Of a stretch of DNA of 64,000 bases, positions 9,798 to 19,915 are shown piece after piece. Origin of the DNA: Candidatus Limiplasma sp. (GTDB taxonomy: Bacteria > Bacillota > Clostridia > Christensenellales > Aristaeellaceae). A model generated the notes under the pieces. It was not told the DNA's origin. It worked only from the letters and a program-made list of their open reading frames with translations, and ran no database searches. A program made the position numbers and the translations under genes. The first letter of the stretch is position 1; every line of letters starts with the position of its first letter. The stretch is from NCBI GenBank assembly GCA_035353615.1, contig DAOPZY010000007.1, positions 20,373 to 84,372 on the forward strand, written 5' to 3'.

Positions 9798-11234
9798 ATG
9801 GACGATCATTCTTCGTATATCAGCCCCTTTTCCACCCGCTATGCCAGCGCGGAAATGCAGGCGGTATTTTCTGAGGATCACAAATTCCGCACCTGGCGGC
9901 GGCTGTGGATCAGCCTTGCCAAGGCGGAGAAAAAGCAGGGTCTGCCGATTACCGATGAGCAGATTGCCGAAATGGAAGCTCACCGGGACGATATCAACTA
10001 CGACGTGGCAACCCAACGCGAGCGCGAGGTGCGCCACGATGTGATGAGCCATGTGTACGCCTACGGCGTGCAGTGCCCAAGCGCGAAAGGGATCATTCAC
10101 CTTGGCGCAACCAGTTGCTACGTAGGCGACAATACCGATGTGCTGATTATGAAGGAAGGCTTGGAAATCGTAGGCCGCAAGCTTCTGAACGTGCTCGCGG
10201 AGCTGCGCGGCTTTGCCGTTCGTTATCGCGACCTGCCCGCGCTGGCCTACACGCACCTTCAGCCGGCGCAGCTGACCACCGTGGGCAAACGCGCCACGCT
10301 GTGGATGAACGAGCTGCTGATGGATTATGAAGAGGTGGAGCATCGCCTTGCGAGCCTCGCGCTGCTGGGCAGCAAGGGAACCACCGGCACGCAGGCCAGC
10401 TTTATGGAACTGCTGAACGGGGACAGCCAAAAAATCAAGCAGATTGAACGGGACATCGCCGCCGATGTGGGCGTGAACCGCGTGGTGCCGGTAAGCGGGC
10501 AAACCTATAGCCGCAAAATGGATTATCAGGTGGTCAGCGTGCTGTCCGGCATTGCGCAGAGCGCCAGCAAATTCAGCTATGATCTGCGGCTGCTGCAAAG
10601 CTTCAAGGAAATGGAGGAACCGTTTGAAAAAAGCCAGATTGGATCCTCCGCCATGCCCTACAAGCGCAACCCCATGCGCAGCGAGCGCATCAGCGGCCTG
10701 AGCCGCTACGTGATGGTGGATACCTTGAACGCCGCCATCACCGCGGGCGCCCAGTGGTTTGAGCGCACGCTGGACGACAGCGCCAACCGCCGGATCGCCG
10801 TGAGCGAGGCATTCCTTGCGACAGACGCGATTTTAAACCTGATGCTGAACGTGTGCGACGGTCTGGTGGTGTACCCCAAGGTGGTGCGCGCCCGCGTGAT
10901 GGCGGAGCTGCCCTTTATGGCAACGGAAAACATCATGATGGACGCCGTGAAAAAAGGCGGCGACCGGCAGGCCCTGCACGAGCGCCTGCGCGTGCACAGC
11001 CAGGAAGCGGCCCGCGTGGTCAAGGAGGAAGGCGGCCTGAACGATCTGGTGGACCGGATCGCGGGCGACCCGGCCTTTATGGTTACCCGGGCGGAAATTG
11101 AAGCGATTCTGGAGCCAAGCCATTTTATTGGCAGAAGCGCGGAGCAGGTTTCGGAATTTGTGGAGGATTGCATTGATCCCCTGTTAGCGGCGCATGCGGC
11201 GCAACTGGGCGAGAAAGCCGTTTTGCAGGTGTAA
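9798..11234 (+). CDS. purB: Adenylosuccinate lyase
   Basis: 478 aa with the fumarate-lyase superfamily signature GSSAMPYKRNP and PurB-like overall sequence. RBS AGGAGG. Confidence 0.95.
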   Translation: MDDHSSYISPFSTRYASAEMQAVFSEDHKFRTWRRLWISLAKAEKKQGLPITDEQIAEMEAHRDDINYDVATQREREVRHDVMSHVYAYGVQCPSAKGIIHLGATSCYVGDNTDVLIMKEGLEIVGRKLLNVLAELRGFAVRYRDLPALAYTHLQPAQLTTVGKRATLWMNELLMDYEEVEHRLASLALLGSKGTTGTQASFMELLNGDSQKIKQIERDIAADVGVNRVVPVSGQTYSRKMDYQVVSVLSGIAQSASKFSYDLRLLQSFKEMEEPFEKSQIGSSAMPYKRNPMRSERISGLSRYVMVDTLNAAITAGAQWFERTLDDSANRRIAVSEAFLATDAILNLMLNVCDGLVVYPKVVRARVMAELPFMATENIMMDAVKKGGDRQALHERLRVHSQEAARVVKEEGGLNDLVDRIAGDPAFMVTRAEIEAILEPSHFIGRSAEQVSEFVEDCIDPLLAAHAAQLGEKAVLQV

Positions 11235-11282
11235 GACGCGGGCGCGCAACCTGTCTCGCCTTTATCCAAACAGAACCCCGGC

Positions 11283-11440
11283 CGCAGCGGAACCGGGTCA
11301 GGGGTATAGCTCTTGAAAGTTAAGAACGCGCGGAGGCGAACCCCCTGCCGTGGCTTGGGGTGTACCCCAAGCGCAAACGCCGCTCTGAAAAAACAAGCCG
11401 CACAAACCGTCCGCAGGGCCAGGAGGCGCGCGGCTTAACG
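11283..11440 (+). repeat. Diverged single unit of the ~190-bp intergenic repeat family
   Basis: Starts with cgcagcggaaccgggtca. It contains the hairpin cttggggtgtaccccaag and the tail ccgcagggcc..gaggcg, colinear with the units at 39976-40545. Confidence 0.6.
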
Positions 11441-11540
11441 CTTAGCCGACTTGTTGACGCCCTCGCGCGCCCCTTCCTTGAACATGCGCCCGCCCCCTGA
11501 AAAAACCGATAATGCCTTTTTCAACGCTCCGCTGTGCCTT

Positions 11541-11566
11541 CAAGCGCCCGGGGCGCTTGTGTTTTA
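11541..11566 (+). terminator. Rho-independent terminator candidate downstream of purB
   Basis: Perfect palindrome caagcgccc-g-gggcgcttg followed by tgtttta. Confidence 0.55.
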
Positions 11567-11721
11567 ATGCGACGGCGCACAGCTTCCGGCAGGCGACGGG
11601 TAACGCCGCCCAACCGGCAAGCGCGCACCCCCGCCCCGCCCCTTCAGCGCCACGTGGAGTTTGGCCGCTAACCCTCGCGTTTTCAGCGCTTTGGGCATGG
11701 CTTTTCAAACCGGCGGTTTTT

Positions 11722-11730
11722 TGCTATACT
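11722..11730 (+). promoter_or_regulatory. Extended -10 element upstream of dapF
   Basis: TGcTATACT preceded by a T-run, located 26 nt upstream of the preferred dapF start. Confidence 0.4.
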
Positions 11731-11755
11731 ATCGCGTATGAAAGCAGGTGATGAA

Positions 11756-12601
11756 ATGCTTCGCTTTACGAAAATGCACGGAATTGGGAATGACTATATC
11801 TACATCAACGCCTTTACGGAACAGCTTCCGGAGGATTTGCCCGCGTTGGCGGTGCGCATGAGCGACCGCCGCTTCGGTTGCGGCGGCGACGGCATCATCC
11901 TGATCGCGCCCAGCCGGCAGGCGGATTTCCGCATGCGCATGTTTAACTGCGACGGTTCCGAAAGCGAAATGTGCGGTAACGGCATCCGCTGCGTCGCCGC
12001 GTACTGCCATGACCGGGGGCTGACCGAGCGCACGGAGTTTGACATTGAATCCGGCGGCGCGATCAAGCATATGCGCCTGACGCTGGACGCGCATGGCGCG
12101 ACCGCGACCGTGCGCGTGGATATGGGCAAGCCTGTAACCGACGGCCTTTCCATTCCGAGCGTTTTCAGCGGCGATCCGGTTCGGCTGCAGCCGCTGACGG
12201 CGCTTGGGCAAACCTGGCCCGTAACGCTGGTGAATATGGGCAACCCGCACGCCGTAACCTTTGTGGAGGATCCGGACACCGCGCCGGTGACCACCGTGGG
12301 GCCGGTTTTGGAGCTGGACCCCGCGTTTCCCCGCAAGTGCAACATCGAGTTTGTGCGCGTTACGGATCGCGGGCACATCCGGATGCGCGTATGGGAGCGC
12401 GGCGCGGGCGAAACGCTGGCCTGCGGTACCGGGGCGTGCGCGTCCGCCGTGGCCAGCATGCTCAACGGCTTTACGGACCGCGCGGTGGAGGTGGCGCTTC
12501 GCGGCGGCAACCTGACCGTGGAATGGAGCGAGCAGGACGGGCATGTTTATATGACCGGCCCGGCAACCTTTGTGTACGACGGTTTGTGGCTGTCTGACTA
12601 A
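11756..12601 (+). CDS. dapF: Diaminopimelate epimerase
   Basis: 281 aa from ATG 11756. The N-terminus MLRFTKMHGIGNDYIYI matches the canonical DapF start. Two catalytic Cys contexts are present (CGNGIRC and ACGTGACAS). The track start at 11738 is also possible. Confidence 0.9.
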   Translation: MLRFTKMHGIGNDYIYINAFTEQLPEDLPALAVRMSDRRFGCGGDGIILIAPSRQADFRMRMFNCDGSESEMCGNGIRCVAAYCHDRGLTERTEFDIESGGAIKHMRLTLDAHGATATVRVDMGKPVTDGLSIPSVFSGDPVRLQPLTALGQTWPVTLVNMGNPHAVTFVEDPDTAPVTTVGPVLELDPAFPRKCNIEFVRVTDRGHIRMRVWERGAGETLACGTGACASAVASMLNGFTDRAVEVALRGGNLTVEWSEQDGHVYMTGPATFVYDGLWLSD

Positions 12602-12728
12602 CCGTTGGGCCGGGCCTCGCGCCCCGGCCGCGTTTTCGCGGCGCGCTTTGCCGCCGCGGGCGGGTTATCCCCCTGCCAAAGGGCCTCACATTTCCCGCCG
12701 GAGGGCGGCATCAAAGGAGGTTGTTCCC

Positions 12729-13940
12729 TTGCACGTGAACCCGAACTATGAAAAACTGCCAGGCTCCTACCTGTTTGCCGAGATTGCGCGCCGCGTAAAG
12801 GAATATTCCGCGGCAAACCCGGCGGCGGACCTGATTAAGCTGGGGATCGGGGACGTGACCCTGCCGCTGGCCCCCGTCGTGGTGGCCGCCATGAAGGCCG
12901 CCGCTGATGAAATGCTGCTGCCGGAAACCTTCCGGGGCTATGGGCCGGATTTTGGCTATGATTTTTTGGTAAACGCCATCCGCGAGCAGGATTATGCCCC
13001 GCGCGGCGTTTCGCTGGCGTTTGACGAGGTGTTCATCTCCGACGGCGCTAAAACCGACACCTCCGCCATTCAGGAGCTGTTTGCCGCCGATACCCGCATC
13101 GCCGTGACCGACCCCGTGTACCCGGTATATGTGGACAGCAACGCCATCGCGGGCCGGTTGGGCGATTTTGTGGGCGGCCGGTGGAGCCGGCTGGTTTACC
13201 TGCCCTGCAACGCCGAAAACGGCTTTATCCCTTCCGTGCCCAGCGAGCCGGTGGACGTGATTTACCTTTGCTACCCCAACAACCCCACGGGCACAACGTT
13301 AACCGCCGCGCAGCTGAAGCCCTTTGTGGATTACGCGAAAAAGAACCGCGCCATTATTGTGTACGACGCCGCGTATAAGGCGTTCATCACCTCCGACGTG
13401 CCCCACAGCATCTACGAGGTGGAAGGCGCGCGGGAAGTGGCGATCGAGTGCTGCAGCTTTTCCAAAACCGCGGGCTTCACCGGCACCCGCTGCGCCTACA
13501 CCATCATCCCGCACGAGGTGACGGGGTTGGGCGGGCAGGGCCAGACCGTGGAGCTGAACGCGCTGTGGAAACGCCGCATGGGCACCAAGTTCAACGGCGT
13601 CAGCTACCCTATTCAGCGGGCGGCGGCGGCGGTGTTCAGCCCCGAAGGTAAGGCGCAGTGCGATACGGCGGTGCGGTACTACCTGCGCAACGCCCAGCTG
13701 ATCCGCGACGGGTTACAGGCGGCGGGCTATACGGTGTTTGGCGGCGTGGACGCGCCGTATGTGTGGCTTAAAACCCCCATGGACAGCTGGAAATTTTTCG
13801 ACACTCTGCTAAACCGGGCGCATGTGGTGGGCACGCCCGGCACGGGCTTTGGCCCCAGCGGCGAGGGGTATTTCCGCCTGACGGCATTCAACACCTACGA
13901 AAAAACCGCCGAGGCGCTGAGCCGGATTCAAAAGCTGTAA
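12729..13940 (+). CDS. dapL: LL-diaminopimelate aminotransferase
   Basis: About 403 aa from TTG 12729, with AAAGGAGG 8 nt upstream. The track ATG at 12570 would overlap dapF and encodes Arg/Pro-rich junk. It is a class-I PLP aminotransferase (YPNNPTG, SFSKTAGFTGTRCAY) with DapL-like N-terminus NPNYEKLPGSYLF. Confidence 0.85.
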   Translation: MHVNPNYEKLPGSYLFAEIARRVKEYSAANPAADLIKLGIGDVTLPLAPVVVAAMKAAADEMLLPETFRGYGPDFGYDFLVNAIREQDYAPRGVSLAFDEVFISDGAKTDTSAIQELFAADTRIAVTDPVYPVYVDSNAIAGRLGDFVGGRWSRLVYLPCNAENGFIPSVPSEPVDVIYLCYPNNPTGTTLTAAQLKPFVDYAKKNRAIIVYDAAYKAFITSDVPHSIYEVEGAREVAIECCSFSKTAGFTGTRCAYTIIPHEVTGLGGQGQTVELNALWKRRMGTKFNGVSYPIQRAAAAVFSPEGKAQCDTAVRYYLRNAQLIRDGLQAAGYTVFGGVDAPYVWLKTPMDSWKFFDTLLNRAHVVGTPGTGFGPSGEGYFRLTAFNTYEKTAEALSRIQKL

Positions 13941-13963
13941 CAAGCGTAAAACCGCATCAATCA

Positions 13964-13996
13964 GGGCGCGGAGCCGCATAAGCTCCCGCCCTTTTT
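13964..13996 (+). terminator. Rho-independent terminator after dapL
   Basis: Stem gggcgcggag / ctcccgccc with a 9-nt loop, followed by TTTTT. Confidence 0.7.
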
Positions 13997-14011
13997 AGTA
14001 AGCTTGCCGGG

Positions 14012-14039
14012 TTGCCCAAAACGCCTTTCATGGTATAAT
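14012..14039 (+). promoter_or_regulatory. Candidate promoter for the ABC exporter pair
   Basis: TTGCCC, a 16-nt spacer, then TGgTATAAT extended -10 (14031-14039). Confidence 0.5.
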
Positions 14040-14072
14040 CAAGTCGCAATCCATTTTTTCGGAGGCACGGTT

Positions 14073-15812
14073 TTGAAAAAACTACTGGTATATTTGCGGG
14101 ACTACCGCAAGGAAAGCATTTTAGGCCCGCTGTTCAAGATGCTGGAAGCGGCGTTTGAGCTGCTGGTGCCGCTGGTGATGGCGGCGATGATCGATCACGG
14201 CATCGCGCAGCGCGACACGGGCTATCTGGTGCGGATGGGGCTTTTGCTGGTGGGGCTGGGGGCGCTGGGGCTCACTTCGTCGGCAACGGCGCAGTATTTT
14301 GCCGCCAAGGCGGCCACCGGCTTTGGCCTTCAGGTGCGCCACGCGCTGTTTGAGCATATCCAGAGCCTTTCGTATGCGGAGTTGGATACGCTGGGCGCTT
14401 CGACCCTGACCACAAGGATGACCAGCGATATGAATCAGGCGCAAAACGGCGTGAACATGACGCTGCGCCTGCTGTTGCGCTCCCCCTTCATTGTATTTGG
14501 CGCCATGGCGATGGCTTTCACCATCAACACGCCGGCGGCATTAACCTTTGCCGTGGCGATCCCCGTGCTTTCGGTGGTTGTGTTTGGCATTATCCTGTGG
14601 TGCATTCCGCTGTACCAAAAGGTGCAGGCCCGTCTGGACCGCGTGCTGGTGAGCACCCGCGAAAGCCTGACCGGCGCGCGCGTGCTGCGCGCCTTTTGCA
14701 AGGAAGAGGAGCAGATGGGCGAGTTCAGCGCGCGCAACGCCGAGCTGACCCGGCTGCAAAAGTATGTGGGCCGCATATCCGCGCTGATGAACCCCTTAAC
14801 CTACGTCATCATCAATTTGGCGATTCTTTGGCTGATCTGGACGGGCGCGTGGCAGGTGGAGGCGGGCATCCTGACGCAGGGGGCGCTGGTGGCGCTGTAT
14901 AACTACATGTCGCAAATTCTGGTGGAGCTGATTAAGCTGGCCAACCTGATTGTGACCATTACGCGCGCGGTGGCGTGCGGCAACCGCATACAGGCGGTGC
15001 TGGACATTCAGCCTTCCCAGCGGTGGGCGGCGGAAGCGCCGCAGGCCGTGCCCGGGGCGGCGGCCATCGAGCTGAACGGCGTCGGCCTGCGCTACCCCGG
15101 CGCGGCGGAAACCGCGCTTACGGGCGTAACGCTGAGCATTCCGCGCGGGCAAACGGTGGGGATCATCGGCGGCACCGGCTCGGGCAAAACCTCGCTGGTG
15201 AACCTGATCCCCCGGTTTTACGACGCGACCGACGGCGCCGTGAAGGTGAACGGCGCAGATGTGAAGGACTACCCCAAAGACGATCTGCGGCAGAGGATTG
15301 GCGTTGTGCCTCAGCAGGCGGCGCTGTTTCAGGGCACCCTGCGCGAAAACCTGCGCTGGGGCCGGGCGGACGCGACGGACGCCGACCTGTGGGAAGCGCT
15401 CGCCGTGGCGCAGGCCGCGGACGTGGCGCAGGATAAGGGCGGGCTGGATTTTGCGGTGGAGCCAAACGGGCGCAACCTCTCCGGCGGCCAGCGCCAACGG
15501 CTGACCCTTGCCCGGGCGCTGGTGCGAAAGCCGGAAATCCTGATTTTGGACGACAGCGCCTCGGCGCTGGATTACGCGACGGACGCGGCGCTTCGCCGGG
15601 CCATCCGGGAACTGCCGGACAAACCGACGGTGCTGATCGTTTCGCAGCGGGCGGCCTCCATTCAGCATGCCGACTGCATTGTGGTGCTGGATGACGGCAA
15701 CGTGGTTGGCGTGGGCAACAGCGAAACGCTTTTGCAAACCTGCGATGTGTACCGTGAAATTTACGAATCCCAGTTTCCCAGGGAGGAGGCGGTAACGGAT
15801 GCGCGCGCATGA
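14073..15812 (+). CDS. ABC exporter, fused permease/ATPase subunit (multidrug/lipid type)
   Basis: Six N-terminal TM helices. Walker A GGTGSGKTS, signature LSGGQRQR, Walker B ILILDD. The start is probably TTG 14073 after GGAGG; the track ATG at 14004 is possible. Confidence 0.9.
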   Translation: MKKLLVYLRDYRKESILGPLFKMLEAAFELLVPLVMAAMIDHGIAQRDTGYLVRMGLLLVGLGALGLTSSATAQYFAAKAATGFGLQVRHALFEHIQSLSYAELDTLGASTLTTRMTSDMNQAQNGVNMTLRLLLRSPFIVFGAMAMAFTINTPAALTFAVAIPVLSVVVFGIILWCIPLYQKVQARLDRVLVSTRESLTGARVLRAFCKEEEQMGEFSARNAELTRLQKYVGRISALMNPLTYVIINLAILWLIWTGAWQVEAGILTQGALVALYNYMSQILVELIKLANLIVTITRAVACGNRIQAVLDIQPSQRWAAEAPQAVPGAAAIELNGVGLRYPGAAETALTGVTLSIPRGQTVGIIGGTGSGKTSLVNLIPRFYDATDGAVKVNGADVKDYPKDDLRQRIGVVPQQAALFQGTLRENLRWGRADATDADLWEALAVAQAADVAQDKGGLDFAVEPNGRNLSGGQRQRLTLARALVRKPEILILDDSASALDYATDAALRRAIRELPDKPTVLIVSQRAASIQHADCIVVLDDGNVVGVGNSETLLQTCDVYREIYESQFPREEAVTDARA

Positions 15813-17565
15813 CCAACCCCGAAAGCCCCGTACGGCCACCCTCCGGCGGGTGCTGCTCGCGGTGCGGCGGTATTGGCCGCTACTGATCGCCTCCGGCGCG
15901 CTGGCCGCGGCGACCGTCGCCCTCACGTTGTATGTGCCCATACTGATTGGCGCGGCAATCGACGGCATTGTCGGGCCGGCTCAGGTGGATTTTCAGGCCG
16001 TGCTGCAAAAGCTGTGGACCATCGGCATCATCGTAGGCGTTACGGCGGCGCTGCAATGGATCATGAACACCGTTAATAACCGCGTCACCTATCAGGTGGT
16101 GCGCGACATCCGCCGGCAGGCGTTTGAAAAAATTCAGATTCTCCCGCTCCAATATATCGACGGGCACCCGACCGGGGAAACCGTGAGCCGCGTGATCGCG
16201 GATGTCGATCAGTTTGCCGACGGGCTGCTCATGGGCTTTTCGCAGCTGTTTACCGGCGTTATCACCATCCTTTCCACGCTGGCGTTCATGGTGTCGCTTC
16301 AGTGGCAAATCGCGCTGGTTGTGTTCCTGATTACGCCGCTTTCGCTGTTTGTGGCGCGGCTGATCGCGCGCAAAACCTACGCGATGTTCCGCCTGCAATC
16401 CGAAACCCGGGGCGAGCAGACCGCGCTGATCGACGAAATGGTGGTTCACCAAAAGGTGGTGCAGGCGTTTGGCCACGAGCAGGCCGCGCTGAACCGCTTT
16501 GACGAAATCAACGGCAGGCTGGCGCACTGTTCGCTCCGCGCCACGTTTTTTTCTTCGCTGACGTTCCCAACCATGCGCTTTATCAACGCCGTTGTGTACG
16601 CGGGCGTGGGGTTGGTGGGCGCGCTTACGGTGGTGGCGACGGGCGGCGCGTTTTCCGTGGGGCGGCTTTCTGTGTTTTTAAGCTACGCCAACCAGTACAA
16701 CAAGCCTTTCAACGAAATATCGGGCGTTATTACGGAACTGCAAAACGCGCTGGCCTGCGCCGGGCGCGTGTTTGAGCTGATCGACCAGCCCGCGCAACCC
16801 GCCGACGCAAGCGACGCGGAAACCCTGACCGATGTGCGCGGCCAGGTGGATGCGGAGGATGTTCGCTTTTCCTACACGCCGGATCGGCGGCTGATCGACG
16901 GCTTTACCCTGCACGTGGAGCCGGGGCGGCGGGTGGCGATCGTCGGCCCCACGGGCTGCGGAAAAACCACCCTGATTAACCTGCTGATGCGTTTTTACGA
17001 TGTGGACGGGGGCAGCATCCGCGTGGACGGGCACGACATCGGCCGCGTAACCCGGAAAAGCCTGCGCGAAAGCTACGGGATGGTGTTACAGGATACATGG
17101 CTGAAAACCGGCACGATCCGCGAAAACCTGCTGATGGGAAAGCCTTCCGCAACCGAGGCAGAAATGATTGCCGCAGCAAAAGCCAGCCATGCGCACAGCT
17201 TTATCAAACGCCTGCCCAAGGGGTATGATACCCAAATCGGCGAGGATGGCGGGAGCCTTTCGGAAGGGCAAAAGCAGCTGCTCTGCATCGCGCGCGTGAT
17301 GCTTTGCTTGCCGCCGATGCTGATTTTGGACGAGGCGACCTCCTCCATCGACACCCGAACGGAACGGAAAATTCAGGACGCGTTCGCCCGCCTGATGCAG
17401 GGCCGTACCAGCTTCATTGTGGCGCACCGGCTTTCGACCATCCGGGAAGCGGATGTGATTTTGGTGATGCGCAACGGCAACATTGTGGAGCAGGGCACCC
17501 ATGAGGCGCTGTTGCAGCAGAACGGTTTTTACGCGCAGCTGTACCGCAGCCAGTTTGCGGCGTAG
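15799..17565 (+). CDS. ABC exporter, fused permease/ATPase subunit (partner of the preceding gene)
   Basis: 588 aa, overlapping the upstream gene by 14 nt. Walker A GPTGCGKTT, signature LSEGQKQL, Walker B LILDEATSSID. Typical heterodimeric exporter arrangement. Confidence 0.9.
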   Translation: MRAHDQPRKPRTATLRRVLLAVRRYWPLLIASGALAAATVALTLYVPILIGAAIDGIVGPAQVDFQAVLQKLWTIGIIVGVTAALQWIMNTVNNRVTYQVVRDIRRQAFEKIQILPLQYIDGHPTGETVSRVIADVDQFADGLLMGFSQLFTGVITILSTLAFMVSLQWQIALVVFLITPLSLFVARLIARKTYAMFRLQSETRGEQTALIDEMVVHQKVVQAFGHEQAALNRFDEINGRLAHCSLRATFFSSLTFPTMRFINAVVYAGVGLVGALTVVATGGAFSVGRLSVFLSYANQYNKPFNEISGVITELQNALACAGRVFELIDQPAQPADASDAETLTDVRGQVDAEDVRFSYTPDRRLIDGFTLHVEPGRRVAIVGPTGCGKTTLINLLMRFYDVDGGSIRVDGHDIGRVTRKSLRESYGMVLQDTWLKTGTIRENLLMGKPSATEAEMIAAAKASHAHSFIKRLPKGYDTQIGEDGGSLSEGQKQLLCIARVMLCLPPMLILDEATSSIDTRTERKIQDAFARLMQGRTSFIVAHRLSTIREADVILVMRNGNIVEQGTHEALLQQNGFYAQLYRSQFAA

Positions 17566-17701
17566 GCGGCTCAGCCGGGCGGCGGCGTAAAACCCTGCCA
17601 TCGGGCAGCCGCCTTCTTTCCCAAGCGTGAAAGGAAAAACACACGTCTGGCGCGAATAGGGTACCGTAATGGGAACAGACCGTTGGAAAGGAGCGACCGG
17701 C

Positions 17702-19849
17702 ATGCAAAAAAAAGCGTCAGCTTCACGGATGATTCGCGCCGCCCTTGAAAAAGCGCGCGCGGCATTCCGCGCCCCGGCGCTCAAACGGATTGCGCTTGGC
17801 GCGGTGTGCGTGTGCGCATGCGCCGTGCTCACCGGCTGCGCCGCGCTGCAAAGCCTGACGGCCGCTTTGCCGGCGCAAACGCAGGCGAGCTCAGGCCCCA
17901 ACCTTGATTTGCTCGCCCTGCCCGCCTATGAGGATCAGGAGGGCGGCGAAAGCGCGGCCAGCGACGGCGGCACAGCCTACGGCGCGGTGGATTTGTGGCT
18001 GGACGCGACCCAAAACGCCGGGGGCATCAGCGCGCTGACCACAAGCATGTATCCCCATGCGGGTAAAAAGTACCGCGAAGGCGGTTTCCATTACCGGTAC
18101 GGCACGCAAACCGGATGGTATGAAAGCCTGCTGCGCGATTTTCTCACCGCGGCCGGCGATACGCGCGTGCGAACCCTGCGCAACGGAAACGAAACCTTCC
18201 CGGAGGGCGTTCTGGAAGGGTTCGGCCTCGCGGCGGCGGACGCGGAAGCCGGCGCTTCGCTGTGGCGCGATCTGCACACCTGCGCCGTGGATACGCAGGC
18301 GGGGCTTTTCAGCCAGTTTTCCGCGGAGGAAATGGCCAACAGCTTTTACAGCCTTGGCTCCGCGGTATGGAACAACCGTTTGAACGGGCTGGACACCCAG
18401 TTGCTTGAGAACTCGACGCTTTCCGGCGCGATGAGCGCCGCCCTGACCGCGCAGACGGAGGCGATTGCGGCCGGCGACGCGGGCTATGTGCTGGCTGCCG
18501 GGAGCGATGGTCAACAGTGCGCGTTTTATAACGCTTTGGAAAATCTGGACCCCGAAAGGCTCAGCATCATCACGGTGGACCCTGCCTCGGTGCGCAAGGT
18601 GAGCGGCTCGGACGCGGACGGTCAGCCCGTCGCGTGGTACGAGCAGGCGCTGCGGGAACGCGGCGTGTTTGACCGGGGGCTATGCGTGGGCGTGCTGGAT
18701 TTTACGCTGGACTATCTGGGCCAGATGTCCAGCGTGGGCATAGCGGACCTCAGCGAGCCGCTCGTTTGGGGACGCGTGATTTTGGATGAAAAAAAGCAGA
18801 CCTTTGAAAACCTGGGCGTGATGCCCCGGCAGATGCTCACGTTTGTGATTGGTTCCAAAACCATGGTGAACGGCTTTATCCAGCGCCTGAAGGATACCAT
18901 TGACGCGGACCGCTCTCTGCGCGGCCTGCGCGGCCCGCAAAACGGCGAGCTTACCTATACGGCCAACGGCCAAACGGTTACGCAGCAGCCGTTTTCGTTC
19001 AGCTGGCAGGCGACGGTGATCGCCCGCCCCGGCATGGGGTATTATACGCAGCACACCGAAGGGACGGCCTTCGCCGAGGTTTCATCGGCGGCGCAGGCGG
19101 AGGAAACCGCTGCCGCCACAGGAGCCGACGGTTTGCCGCTTTTTACCCTCGTCAGTAGCGCGGACGGGAGCCTGCCGGATTACACGCTCAAGATCCGCTT
19201 TCCCATCGCAACCAGCGATGACGGGGCCAAACTGGATGTGAGCAAGCTCAGCGGCGCGAGCGTAGACACGCTCAGCACACTTTTGCTGACCCAAACGCTT
19301 GCCAACACCGCCGCAAACCGCGAAACTGCGCCGGCGGGCGCGCAGGTGATACCGTACCGGGACAAGCTGTATGTGTTTGAATCGGGAAAGGCGGACGGCG
19401 CTTTTACGCTGGCCGGCGTCGAGCAGGTGGGGGACGAGCTGGTCTGCTCCGTGCAGGCGAACGGCAAAGCGTTGCAGACCGGGTATTACCGCCTGCGCCT
19501 GTCCGCGGATGTAACAGCCGATCAGGTGACGTGGGAACAGGTGCCGTGGATTGACGGCGAGGACAGCCTGAGCGTCTCCATAACCGACGCCGACGCGTAT
19601 GCGTGGGAAACCTTCACCGCCGCGATGACCGAATACGACCGGGACGCCAAGGGGATCCCCAAGATGTTCCAGCACGCGTGGGGAAGCTACACGGATAAGC
19701 TGTACCACGGTTTGCGGGTGCCGGATTTTCCGCCGGTGTACAAGGCGTTTGCGCTGCGGGAGCTGACCGGGCAGGTCCGCGCGGCCGCTGCTTCGGACAC
19801 CAGCCCGCTGATCCGCTGCGCGTTTGAAGTGTTTGTGCCCGGCCGGTAA
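17702..19849 (+). CDS. Large predicted lipoprotein, function unknown
   Basis: 715 aa from ATG 17702, with AAAGGAG 8 nt upstream. It has a positively charged N-region, a hydrophobic core IALGAVCVCACAVL and the lipobox LTG-C. I recognise no catalytic motif. Confidence 0.7.
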   Translation: MQKKASASRMIRAALEKARAAFRAPALKRIALGAVCVCACAVLTGCAALQSLTAALPAQTQASSGPNLDLLALPAYEDQEGGESAASDGGTAYGAVDLWLDATQNAGGISALTTSMYPHAGKKYREGGFHYRYGTQTGWYESLLRDFLTAAGDTRVRTLRNGNETFPEGVLEGFGLAAADAEAGASLWRDLHTCAVDTQAGLFSQFSAEEMANSFYSLGSAVWNNRLNGLDTQLLENSTLSGAMSAALTAQTEAIAAGDAGYVLAAGSDGQQCAFYNALENLDPERLSIITVDPASVRKVSGSDADGQPVAWYEQALRERGVFDRGLCVGVLDFTLDYLGQMSSVGIADLSEPLVWGRVILDEKKQTFENLGVMPRQMLTFVIGSKTMVNGFIQRLKDTIDADRSLRGLRGPQNGELTYTANGQTVTQQPFSFSWQATVIARPGMGYYTQHTEGTAFAEVSSAAQAEETAAATGADGLPLFTLVSSADGSLPDYTLKIRFPIATSDDGAKLDVSKLSGASVDTLSTLLLTQTLANTAANRETAPAGAQVIPYRDKLYVFESGKADGAFTLAGVEQVGDELVCSVQANGKALQTGYYRLRLSADVTADQVTWEQVPWIDGEDSLSVSITDADAYAWETFTAAMTEYDRDAKGIPKMFQHAWGSYTDKLYHGLRVPDFPPVYKAFALRELTGQVRAAAASDTSPLIRCAFEVFVPGR

Positions 19850-19915
19850 CGCGCCCTCCTTGCGCCGCGCCGGATGCCCCTTACCCTCGCCATCCTGTGA
19901 GAAAGGATCGCCGCC

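Noticed and set aside
17990-18040. vWA/MIDAS domain in the lipoprotein (VDLWLDATQNAGG)
   Set aside because: The DxSxS serines are not present, and I cannot verify the fold from sequence alone. It is mentioned only as a hypothesis to test and is not annotated.
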